Positions 37,420 through 46,115 of a stretch of 61,232 bases of DNA are shown one piece after another. Position 1 is the stretch's first letter. Each line of letters opens with the position of its first letter. A model generated the notes under the pieces. The model did no database searches. It saw nothing but the letters and a program-made list of their open reading frames with translations, and was not told the origin of the DNA. Origin of the DNA: Bacteroidota bacterium (GTDB taxonomy: Bacteria > Bacteroidota > Bacteroidia > AKYH767-A > OLB10). Both the position numbers and the translations under genes were made by a program. Location of the stretch: assembly GCA_963169675.1 (NCBI GenBank), contig CAUJFJ010000063.1, forward strand, positions 1-61,232, read 5' to 3'.

Positions 37420-39213
37420 TTATTTCGGTAATTTTAAATCTTCGAGCATCAATTCGCGTATATAGGGCACCGGAGCTGAACCATAGCTAAGAAATTTCTC
37501 ATGAAACTTTTTCAAATCGAAATCATTTCCCTGCTTAACCTTAAGTTCTTCCCTGAAATCGTATATTTCAGAATAGCCGGTAAAATAGCTGCATAACTGT
37601 ACCTGGGTAAGTTTTACACGTCTCCATTTACCTGATGCTTCAGCGGGCTGCTGAAAAGCTTCATCGGTCAGGAATTTTACTGCAACTTTCTCAGGCCAAT
37701 CCAAAACATGAACAGAATAATCAAGAATTGTATTACATACAGAACGCAGGTGCCATTTATAATACATTAACCACAATTCCGGTTCATTATTGCCATATCC
37801 CTCTTCAAGCATCATTCTTTCAGAATAAACAGCCCAACCTTCAATCATAGCACCATTTCCTAAAATGCTTTTGATAAGAGAAGGTGACTGATTAGCATAA
37901 ACCAATTGCGCATAGTGACCAGGGATTGCTTCATGAATGTTTAAAATCTGAAGCATGTAATGGTTATATTCTCTCAAATAACTTTCAGCCTCGTCACCAG
38001 AATAATTCGTTAGTGGCGAAACATTGTAATAGGTATTTCCATGTAAGTCATATGGTCCGGGAGAAGAAATAGAAGCTCCTGCCCCACTCCCTTCCATATA
38101 AGATGGAGTCTTTCTTACAACAAGTGGTTTAGTAGGATCCAAAAAAAGTAAATTGTGGCTATTTACAAAAGCTGCTAATTCGGGAATTTGTTTTTCAATT
38201 GCAGTAATGAAGGAATCCCTGTGCACATGCTTTAACGAAACCTGTTCCACAATTGCTTTAATCATAGCCCTGTCTTCGTCTGGCATAGGAGCATCAGGTA
38301 AATACTTCGGCCAGAGTTTACGTGCAATAACTGCCATATTGGTCAATAATTCCTCTTTACGCTCCAAAGCCTTGTTGTAAATTTCTTCTGCTTCGTAGCG
38401 GGAACGAATATCCATTTTAAACTTTTGCGCATAAAGCTCTTTGCCGAGTCGGAAGCTTCGGGAATTATCGGAATTCAATTTTTCCCGCAAACTTTTCAAA
38501 TACGAAATATATCCAATGATACTTTCACGGGTCTTCGACATACCATTTCTGAATGCATCTTTTTCTATTAGAGAAAGCTTTGAAGCATTTAACGAATCCT
38601 CCATTTGTTTTCCAAAAACATCCAGGGAACCTTCATTTTGCAAAATAGCTAAGTCGGTATGTTCAATAACGGGATTTTTGATAATTGAAATTGCAGCTTC
38701 ATAGTATTTGTCTACGTTATTAAAACGTTTTGAAATAATCCGCAAACGTTCATCCAGCTTAGCAAACCTGCTGTTCAAAATTTCAGCAAACTCACCCCCA
38801 ACATTATAGTATGCCGGATTCCATTCGAACTCGCGGTATTCTGTTAAATACCACCGGAAAGATTCGATACGATCACGCATCATCATAAAATCGGTTCTTG
38901 AATTTGCCGATAACTTAGATACATCATATTTTCCCAAACTATCATCGAGCATTTCCAAAACCCTTAGTTGATTATCTAAAAATTCCAGATCAGGTACAAC
39001 CAGTAAACTGTCGTTGCGGTGGTATCCAACATAAATGGCTTCAACCGGGCTTATTTTCCAGTAATTCTCCAGAAATACCAGTTTAAATTTTTCCAGGCGC
39101 TGGTCCTCATTTACAATCGGAGCTGAATTTAACATATTCGATGAAACAATTAACAACATTACTAATAACGCCGGTTTTATAAACCACCTTTTTATGTTTT
39201 GTTTATTAAGCAT
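37420..39213 (-). CDS. DUF885 family (metallopeptidase-like) secreted protein
   Basis: HEAIPGHY (HExxxH-like) motif typical of DUF885. I prefer ATG 39213 (MLNKQNIKRWFIKPALLVMLLIV, a signal peptide) over the longer ORF to 39333, which would overlap the divergent peptidase gene. Confidence 0.75.
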   Translation of the reverse strand: MLNKQNIKRWFIKPALLVMLLIVSSNMLNSAPIVNEDQRLEKFKLVFLENYWKISPVEAIYVGYHRNDSLLVVPDLEFLDNQLRVLEMLDDSLGKYDVSKLSANSRTDFMMMRDRIESFRWYLTEYREFEWNPAYYNVGGEFAEILNSRFAKLDERLRIISKRFNNVDKYYEAAISIIKNPVIEHTDLAILQNEGSLDVFGKQMEDSLNASKLSLIEKDAFRNGMSKTRESIIGYISYLKSLREKLNSDNSRSFRLGKELYAQKFKMDIRSRYEAEEIYNKALERKEELLTNMAVIARKLWPKYLPDAPMPDEDRAMIKAIVEQVSLKHVHRDSFITAIEKQIPELAAFVNSHNLLFLDPTKPLVVRKTPSYMEGSGAGASISSPGPYDLHGNTYYNVSPLTNYSGDEAESYLREYNHYMLQILNIHEAIPGHYAQLVYANQSPSLIKSILGNGAMIEGWAVYSERMMLEEGYGNNEPELWLMYYKWHLRSVCNTILDYSVHVLDWPEKVAVKFLTDEAFQQPAEASGKWRRVKLTQVQLCSYFTGYSEIYDFREELKVKQGNDFDLKKFHEKFLSYGSAPVPYIRELMLEDLKLPK

Positions 39214-39265
39214 GTTTTTGTGAGATTTGTATTTGCAACATGCAAAAGAAATAAATCCCCGCGAC

Positions 39266-41350
39266 ATGAGACGAAACATTTTCATTCTATTTTTATTAAT
39301 TGCCCATTTACCCGTTGTTGGCCAAAAACTCAACTACCCTGATACTAAAACAGTAAGCCAAACAGATGTTTATCATGGAGTTACTGTAAATGACCCTTAT
39401 CGTTGGCTGGAAGATGACCATTCAGCAGAAACGAAAAACTGGGTAGATGCGCAAAACAAAGTAACCTTCGACTATCTGACATCTCTACCTGAAAGAGAAA
39501 AGAATAAAGCGCGGCTAACCAAAATCTGGAGCTTTCCCAGACAGTCATCGCCATCCTATAAAAATGCAAACTATTATTATTATAAAAATAACGGCACCCA
39601 AAATCAGTCAGTTTTATACAAAAGAAATGGCATTAAGGGAAAAGAAGAGATGATTCTTGATCCAAACTTCCTTTCTGCTGATGGAACAACATCTATCACA
39701 CTCTTTCAGGTTTCCAATGATGGCAAATATGCTGCTTATGGAATTTCGAAAGGTGGCTCTGATTGGACCGAAGTTAAAGTTATTGAAAATGCCAGTGGGC
39801 GTGAGTTGGCTGAAACAATTAAGTGGATCAAATTTTCAGGAATCAGCTGGCAAAAGGATGGCTTCTTCTATAGCAGATATGATGAACCTTCCGGTGATGC
39901 TGCGTTTAAGGGGAAGAATGAATTCCACAAAGTGTATTATCACAAAGCAGGTACACCCCAATCATCTGACAAGTTGATTTATGCCGACCCGGAAAACCCA
40001 CTTCGTAATTTTGGCTATTCAGTAAGTAAGGATGAACGCTTTCATTACATCACAGGTTCTCAATCTTCATCAGGGAATAGTTTAACAATTAAAAGTGCGG
40101 CTACCGATAAATCCTTCAAATTCTCAGAAGCTTTCAAGTATTCTCATTCAGTCATTGATAATATTGGTAATTCCATTTTCATTCTTACCAATGAAAATGC
40201 TTCCAGAAAAAAAGTAGTCAAATTCGATTTTGAAACCGGACAACAGTCAGTACTTATTCCTGAAAAAGAAGAAGTACTATTGAGTTTAGTTCGTGCAGGA
40301 AATAATTTTGTAGCGCATTACATGAAAGATGCCAGCAGCAGACTTTATGTTTATGATACTGAAGGTAAGTTTAAATATGAAATTAAACTTCCAACCTATT
40401 GCACGCTTAGTTCAGTTAACGGGTCTGATAAAGATAGTTTGCTCTTTTATTCAGTTGTATCATTTACGTTTCCTGAAACTACTTATATGCACAATCTGAA
40501 CAGCAAAGCAACTACCGTTTATTTTCAGCCACAGATTGATTTTGATGCCAATGGTTATGAAACCAAACAGGTATTTTACAAAAGCAAAGACAATACAGCT
40601 ATACCCATGTTTATCGTTCACAAAAAAGGTTTGATTCAGGATGGAAACAATCCTACGCTTTTATTTGGCTATGGAGGATTTAATATAAGCAAAACACCTG
40701 AGTTTATTACAGAGCGTTTGTTGTTCCTTGAAAAAGGTGGTGTATTTGCAATGCCAAATCTCAGAGGTGGTGGTGAATATGGTGAAGCATGGCATGAGGC
40801 TGGAACCAAATTAAAAAAACAAAATGTTTTTGATGATTTTATCAGTGCTGCCGAATATCTTATATCGGAAAAATATACAACCCCTGGCAAACTTGCGATT
40901 GGAGGACGTTCTAACGGGGGACTACTGGTTGGAGCTGCTTTGACCCAACGACCTGAATTGTTTAAAGTTGCATTGCCTGCTGTTGGTGTAATGGACATGC
41001 TAAGGTTTCACAAATTCACCATTGGATGGGCATGGACAGGTGACTTTGGTTCAAGCGATAAAAAAGAAGAATTTGAAGCATTGTTTAAATATTCTCCGCT
41101 TCATAATATAAAAGAAAATGTAAAATATCCTGCAACTTTAGTCACTACTGCCGACCATGATGACCGTGTTGTACCGGCACACTCCTTTAAATTCATCTCT
41201 ACCCTACAGCAAAAACAATCCGGAGAAAATCCGGTGCTGATACGTATTGATGTTAATGCAGGACATGGTTCCGGAAAACCGGTATCAAAACTCATTGATG
41301 AGCAATCTGATATTTTCACTTTTATGATACATCATCTGGGAATGGACTGA
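39266..41350 (+). CDS. Prolyl oligopeptidase family serine peptidase (S9A)
   Basis: ATG 39266 gives the signal peptide MRRNIFILFLLIAHLPVVGQ. N-terminal YHGVTVNDPYRWLED. Catalytic GGRSNGGLL (Ser), TTADHDDRV (Asp), NAGHGSG (His). Confidence 0.93.
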   Translation: MRRNIFILFLLIAHLPVVGQKLNYPDTKTVSQTDVYHGVTVNDPYRWLEDDHSAETKNWVDAQNKVTFDYLTSLPEREKNKARLTKIWSFPRQSSPSYKNANYYYYKNNGTQNQSVLYKRNGIKGKEEMILDPNFLSADGTTSITLFQVSNDGKYAAYGISKGGSDWTEVKVIENASGRELAETIKWIKFSGISWQKDGFFYSRYDEPSGDAAFKGKNEFHKVYYHKAGTPQSSDKLIYADPENPLRNFGYSVSKDERFHYITGSQSSSGNSLTIKSAATDKSFKFSEAFKYSHSVIDNIGNSIFILTNENASRKKVVKFDFETGQQSVLIPEKEEVLLSLVRAGNNFVAHYMKDASSRLYVYDTEGKFKYEIKLPTYCTLSSVNGSDKDSLLFYSVVSFTFPETTYMHNLNSKATTVYFQPQIDFDANGYETKQVFYKSKDNTAIPMFIVHKKGLIQDGNNPTLLFGYGGFNISKTPEFITERLLFLEKGGVFAMPNLRGGGEYGEAWHEAGTKLKKQNVFDDFISAAEYLISEKYTTPGKLAIGGRSNGGLLVGAALTQRPELFKVALPAVGVMDMLRFHKFTIGWAWTGDFGSSDKKEEFEALFKYSPLHNIKENVKYPATLVTTADHDDRVVPAHSFKFISTLQQKQSGENPVLIRIDVNAGHGSGKPVSKLIDEQSDIFTFMIHHLGMD

Positions 41351-41356
41351 TGCGTA

Positions 41357-41848
41357 TCAAAACTGATACTTCTTCTTTAAAATGGTTGTGATTTCATAAA
41401 CGGCAGGACAAACAGCACTGTTTTTTATGGTCAGTTCCATTGACTTTTTTAACGGCAAAGTTGCTGTATGAGGATAACTACGGCAGGCAAAAGGGCGATG
41501 TTCGTACACACTGCATTTATTGTCGGCGAGTAGAAATGGACAAGGAGTAGTTTTCAAGACATAATCTCCGTCTTCATCCATATATAGATACTTATCGGTA
41601 AAAATTGCCGGTCTCACTTTAAAATGGGTTGCTAACCGTGTAATATCCCGTTCCTTAAAAACAGGACTGATGGTCTTGCAGCAATTGGCACATGCAAGAC
41701 AATCTATCCTGGAAAACACCTGGGCATCCAGTTCAATCAGTTCCTCGTCTATGTTAGGTGGAAATCGTTTTTTCAGGCGTCGGTAAAATTTACCGTTTTC
41801 TGCTTCAATTGCCTTTTGCTTCCGGTTTAGTTCCGATGGGTCAATCAT
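41357..41848 (-). CDS. YkgJ-family cysteine-cluster (Fe-S/Zn-binding) protein
   Basis: 163 aa. CLACANCC followed by CPFLLADNKCSVYEHRPFACRSYP, the UPF0153/YkgJ pattern. Confidence 0.8.
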   Translation of the reverse strand: MIDPSELNRKQKAIEAENGKFYRRLKKRFPPNIDEELIELDAQVFSRIDCLACANCCKTISPVFKERDITRLATHFKVRPAIFTDKYLYMDEDGDYVLKTTPCPFLLADNKCSVYEHRPFACRSYPHTATLPLKKSMELTIKNSAVCPAVYEITTILKKKYQF

Positions 41849-42091
41849 GCCTCCAAAGTACGGAAGAAACTATTATTTCAGAACCACAATTAAATCCTAT
41901 CGGTACCTCAAGCCCTTAAAATTGTATTATTCAGCAACATTAATGACCTGTCCGCGACCTTTTCGCAAATATTTCTTCAAAAAATTGTAACATTTATTTG
42001 ACAGAACCCATCTTAATCAATATAAAACGGGAAGTAAAAAGACCCAATAGAAAATAATCTCGTTGATTATCAACATAATGCAAAATAATTT

Positions 42092-42150
42092 AGTACTATG
42101 TATTGCATAGTACTATTGATTAGATATATCTTTGCATCGTCAAGTACTAT
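42092..42150 (+). repeat. Three direct copies of AGTACTAT flanking a promoter
   Basis: Copies at 42092-42099, 42109-42116 and 42143-42150, with start-to-start spacing of 17 and 34 bp. The core AGTACT is palindromic. Confidence 0.8.
42127..42134 (+). promoter_or_regulatory. -7 promoter box TATCTTTG for the 226-aa repeat-protein gene
   Basis: Perfect TAnnTTTG 42 nt upstream of ATG 42177. A possible -33 TTG at 42103-42105 sits 21 bp upstream. Confidence 0.5.
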
Positions 42151-42176
42151 TAGAAACTACAATAACAACAAAAAAC

Positions 42177-42857
42177 ATGAAAACACTTACCACCATCGCC
42201 GCAACATCATTAATGTTAATGCTCTCCGCAGGAAGCAAAGCAGAGGTCTCGGTTCCAGTACAGATTAACCCATCCAGGGGAACTCTGGTAAAAGCGGAAA
42301 TGGTACAAGGAGAACTGATGCCTGTAGTAGATTTACCGGCCATTAATGTAACTGCAACGAGACCAGGAAACTATGTACTAAAGTGCATAATCAGAGATGG
42401 TCAGATTTACGGTGAAGTATACCTGCAGGAGGTGGAAATAATAGCAAGCAAGCCGACTTTGGTAAAATTCAGAGTACAATCTGTGAATGGTGAATCGATG
42501 GCTTTTGTAAACCTGCCGGTGATTGAAATAAGCTCTGAAATGAATATTAATGGGCTTGAAAAAGCTACCATTTCAGAAGATGATCAAATTATATCTGTAG
42601 TTGACTTACCTGAAATAACCATCACAGGCACTGCCATGAATCCGGTTGCTGAAGCCAGAAGTGTTGTATTCGACATAAGTGGAATAGAAAATGAATTCGA
42701 GTGGTTGGCAGTTGAACCTTTGGTAATTAGCTTACAAAATACTGCAATAACAGCAATCAGTCAATCGTTCGGCAGACAACAAATTGCATTAGCGAACTGC
42801 ATCATACCGGCGCCCGGAAAATTAGCATGTGAATTAATAAGCAGTGTTAAAAAATAA
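42177..42857 (+). CDS. Small secreted protein with four ~30-aa repeats, function unknown
   Basis: ATG 42177 gives the signal peptide MKTLTTIAATSLMLMLSAGSKAE. The repeats end in VDLPAINVTAT, VYLQEVEIIAS, VNLPVIEISSE and VDLPEITITGT. Confidence 0.6.
   Translation: MKTLTTIAATSLMLMLSAGSKAEVSVPVQINPSRGTLVKAEMVQGELMPVVDLPAINVTATRPGNYVLKCIIRDGQIYGEVYLQEVEIIASKPTLVKFRVQSVNGESMAFVNLPVIEISSEMNINGLEKATISEDDQIISVVDLPEITITGTAMNPVAEARSVVFDISGIENEFEWLAVEPLVISLQNTAITAISQSFGRQQIALANCIIPAPGKLACELISSVKK
42282..42641 (+). repeat. Four tandem ~30-codon coding repeats
   Basis: Repeat units start at residues 51, 81, 109 and 141 of the tracked ORF. Consensus LvK..i.dG....vV.LPeIeItas. Confidence 0.6.
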
Positions 42858-42868
42858 GGGGCTGAATC

Positions 42869-44032
42869 TTATTCAATTGGAAAAGAAATTGATTTTGCTT
42901 TGCAGGCATTGAATATATTTTTCAGGATAACTTTTTCCAGAATAAAAGAAGATTCAAAATCAGGTTTAGACACAACACTATTATAAAACAGTTGCCTTTC
43001 ATAAGGCAGCTGTTTTTTTATTTTATCAATAATCGCAGCTTTGGTTTCATTGCCTTTTTCAATACCATCATAGATACGGTTTATGGTTCTTCGTTGCAAA
43101 CTATCCTCCATAAGTGACATATCGTACCTTAAAAGATCGGATGCTGAAGTTAATTCCGCAGCTGCCAGGTCCCACTTTTTTAAATTACTCAAACAATGAT
43201 TGGAAACCCGGTAATAAAGCCTGTTTTCATATGAAACAGGATGTAAAATCATACTTTTATTATCGCATGTAATAACCGAATTGATAAATTCCTTGCTCTC
43301 TTTAGAATAAGAAATCAGGAGCCGGTTCAAATCACGGTTCCATTGTGTAAGCCGACCTTCATCTTTAACGGGTTTAATTAAAGGATCACGTTTTAAAACC
43401 CAAATAGTCTCGAGTGGCCGATTTACAATTCTACCAATTTGATTCCAACCTTCAATTTCATTTGATTTTCTTTCACGCAAGCAATAAACAGGCACCAGCG
43501 TAACATCATTTTCAGAAATAGTTGCAACCACACTTCGGTAATCGGGAGAACCGGTATCAACTCGTCCATTTCCTATGAGAAATAAAACCTTGACAGCATC
43601 TTTCGATTTTGACCAGTTCATATTTAATCCAGCAGCTTCAAGGGCACTACTCACAAACTGATCACCTTTTTCTATCTGTGGCTTAATCTTCCACATTTCA
43701 GCAACCAGCACATCATAATCATCGGTTAATTTACTGATGGTTTTGACATAATTATTCTGTCCGCCAAAACTGGGGCGTGAGAAACCTACAAGTCCGATTC
43801 GCAATTTTCTTTTCGGCGTGGCCGTTTCAATCATATTCACAATACTCCAAACCTGTTCCCTCACATTGTCGATCAATCCATTAGTACTGCCACTTAAATC
43901 GAGGCAAAACACAACTTCCACCACAGGTGTTTGATAATCAAGTGAATCCTGATTGGCTGCCATACTTTTCTCATGAATGGTAAGTAGAAAAACCAGGAAA
44001 ATTATAAAACCCTTAAAACCAGTTCGAAACAT
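42869..44032 (-). CDS. Secreted von Willebrand factor A (VWA) domain protein with helical C-terminal domain
   Basis: 387 aa. Signal peptide. MIDAS-like VVFCLDLSGST. Classic alternating beta-alpha VWA pattern for about 200 aa, then an unrelated C-terminal half. Confidence 0.7.
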   Translation of the reverse strand: MFRTGFKGFIIFLVFLLTIHEKSMAANQDSLDYQTPVVEVVFCLDLSGSTNGLIDNVREQVWSIVNMIETATPKRKLRIGLVGFSRPSFGGQNNYVKTISKLTDDYDVLVAEMWKIKPQIEKGDQFVSSALEAAGLNMNWSKSKDAVKVLFLIGNGRVDTGSPDYRSVVATISENDVTLVPVYCLRERKSNEIEGWNQIGRIVNRPLETIWVLKRDPLIKPVKDEGRLTQWNRDLNRLLISYSKESKEFINSVITCDNKSMILHPVSYENRLYYRVSNHCLSNLKKWDLAAAELTSASDLLRYDMSLMEDSLQRRTINRIYDGIEKGNETKAAIIDKIKKQLPYERQLFYNSVVSKPDFESSFILEKVILKNIFNACKAKSISFPIE

Positions 44033-44080
44033 CAGAAATCAGGAATATTTAGCAGAAGGAATACTAGACTTATTTTTGGT

Positions 44081-44088
44081 CAAAATTA
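44081..44088 (-). promoter_or_regulatory. -7 promoter box (TAATTTTG on minus strand) for the VWA gene
   Basis: TAnnTTTG consensus 48 nt upstream of ATG 44032. Confidence 0.45.
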
Positions 44089-44182
44089 CCGAGACTTTCA
44101 GTAACAATGCAAGTAAGGTTAGCTAATTCATCAAAACTTGCGCCATATATGCAAAATGAGCCTTTTACTGCAAGAAAAACGC

Positions 44183-44190
44183 TAAATTTG
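44183..44190 (+). promoter_or_regulatory. -7 promoter box TAAATTTG for dnaX
   Basis: TAnnTTTG consensus 34 nt upstream of ATG 44225. Confidence 0.5.
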
Positions 44191-44224
44191 CGTATTCCAG
44201 AATTATAACCCATTTCGTGAATCA

Positions 44225-46066
44225 ATGGATCATTTTGTTGTCTCCGCCAGAAAATACCGCCCGGCTACCTTTAACACAGTAGTTGGACAAGCATCGATTA
44301 CCACCACCTTAAAAAATGCTATCAAAAACAAGCATTTGGCTCAGGCATTTCTTTTCTGCGGACCCCGGGGAGTTGGTAAAACTACCTGCGCACGTATTCT
44401 TGCTAAAACAATTAACTGCAGCAATCCAACACCTGATATGGAAGGTTGCAATGAATGCGAGTCATGCATCTCATTCAATAACGGTCAAAGTCTGAATATT
44501 TTTGAGCTTGATGCTGCATCAAACAATTCAGTTGATGACATGCGGAATCTGGTTGAACAGGTTCGTTATGCGCCACAATCGGGAAATTTCAAGATCTATA
44601 TCATTGATGAGGTTCACATGTTATCGGCATCAGCCTTTAATGCCTTTCTGAAAACTTTAGAAGAACCGCCACCATATGCAATATTCATTCTGGCAACAAC
44701 AGAAAAACATAAAATAATTCCAACTATTCTTTCGCGTTGTCAGATTTTCGATTTTAACAGAATCACCATTGAAGACATTGCAAGTCATCTTGCATGGATT
44801 TCACAAAAAGAAAATGTTAATGCAGAACCGGAGGCATTACATCTCATCGCACAAAAGGCAGATGGAGCCTTAAGAGATGCACTTTCCATTTTTGATCAGA
44901 TCGTAAGTTTTGCAGGTAATGATGTTACCTACAAACATGTTATAGAAAATCTGAACATCCTGGATTACGAATACTATTTCAGGCTGACAGATTATTTACT
45001 GGCAGGTGACTTCCCTTCTGCTTTGATGTTATTGAATGAATTAGTTGAAGACGGATTCGATATCCATCATTTTGTAATTGGACTATCTGGGCATTTCCGC
45101 GACTTACTTGTCTGCAAGGATGCTCAAACCATCCAGTTACTTGAGGTAACACCAAAAATCAGAGAGAAATATCTTTCGCAATCGAAACAATGTCCTGCCG
45201 AGTTATTATTCAGATATCTGGAAATAGGAAATCGTTGTGATATTGAGTTTAAAGCTTCGCAAAATCAGCGTTTGCATACGGAATTATCGCTCCTGAAAAT
45301 GGCAGCACATTCTTCTACCCTGCTTACAACTCCACAAGCTATCACGCAGGCAGCACCTGCTGCTCCACTTCCGGTCAAACCGGCTCCGGTTGCTGTTCCT
45401 TCGCCACAGGCAGAAAAACCTGCTTCAATAGCTGCGCCAGTTGCACCAGCGGTACAGGCCACCGCACCGGTTGAAGAGAAAAGACCAGTTGCAACAGAAG
45501 AAAAAAAAGAAGAAGTTAAAAGTGCTCCTGCTCCACAGGAAGAAATTTCAAAACCTGCAACAACTAAAACTGCAACTCCTGTGCAACGCAACCGGGCAAC
45601 CTCCGGTGCAACAGTTTCCATTACAAAAAATCTGAATCCACAGAAAAAAGAAGATGGAGACGAAGCTATTACTGAAGAACAATTCAGCGGCACCCGACCA
45701 ATCGAAGCCGAAGAAATGTTCAAGGTTTGGAAAGCTTTTGCAGATAAAAATCATGCGGAAGGACGGAAACAACTGGCAGTTGCACTGAACAAACACCAGC
45801 CGGTTTTGAAAGATGAAACACATATTGAGATCCCGGTTGATAATGCCATACAGGCTGAAGAAATTCAGGGCACCAAAGTTGAGTTATTAGCATGGATGAA
45901 AAAGGGACTTCAAAACGGTCAGATCACTATTTCGACCCGTGTTGTTGAAGAAACCGAATTGAAAGATACGGCTTATACACCTGCTGAAAAATTTAATAAG
46001 ATGGCAGAAAAAAATCCGGACTTAAATCAATTACGTTCCCAATTCGATCTGGAACTTGACTTCTGA
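44225..46066 (+). CDS. dnaX: DNA polymerase III subunit gamma/tau
   Basis: 613 aa. Walker A GPRGVGKTT, Zn module CNECESC, Walker B IIDEVHML, sensor SRC. Pro/Ala-rich linker at about aa 370-470, then a tau-type C-terminal domain. Confidence 0.96.
   Translation: MDHFVVSARKYRPATFNTVVGQASITTTLKNAIKNKHLAQAFLFCGPRGVGKTTCARILAKTINCSNPTPDMEGCNECESCISFNNGQSLNIFELDAASNNSVDDMRNLVEQVRYAPQSGNFKIYIIDEVHMLSASAFNAFLKTLEEPPPYAIFILATTEKHKIIPTILSRCQIFDFNRITIEDIASHLAWISQKENVNAEPEALHLIAQKADGALRDALSIFDQIVSFAGNDVTYKHVIENLNILDYEYYFRLTDYLLAGDFPSALMLLNELVEDGFDIHHFVIGLSGHFRDLLVCKDAQTIQLLEVTPKIREKYLSQSKQCPAELLFRYLEIGNRCDIEFKASQNQRLHTELSLLKMAAHSSTLLTTPQAITQAAPAAPLPVKPAPVAVPSPQAEKPASIAAPVAPAVQATAPVEEKRPVATEEKKEEVKSAPAPQEEISKPATTKTATPVQRNRATSGATVSITKNLNPQKKEDGDEAITEEQFSGTRPIEAEEMFKVWKAFADKNHAEGRKQLAVALNKHQPVLKDETHIEIPVDNAIQAEEIQGTKVELLAWMKKGLQNGQITISTRVVEETELKDTAYTPAEKFNKMAEKNPDLNQLRSQFDLELDF
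45500..45519 (+). other. Candidate recoding/slippage site in dnaX (A8 run plus -1-frame TAA)
   Basis: GAA AAA AAA GAA in frame (codons 426-429). The -1 frame reads AGA AGA AGT TAA, with its stop at 45517-45519. Confidence 0.3.
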
Positions 46067-46115
46067 AAAATACAAATAACGACTACACAACAAAATAAAA
46101 AACCAAATTATAATT

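Noticed and set aside
39214-39333. Extended starts of the DUF885 gene (to 39333) and the prolyl oligopeptidase gene (from 39227)
   Set aside because: The extensions overlap head-to-head and precede obvious signal peptides that begin at the internal ATGs (39213 and 39266).
45265-45723. 152-aa antisense ORF, plus 64-aa and 91-aa alternative-frame ORFs, in the dnaX linker
   Set aside because: These are low-complexity artefacts of the Pro/Ala/Lys-rich linker (GCA/CCT/AAA repeats). The translations are Ala/Gly or Lys runs with no domain.
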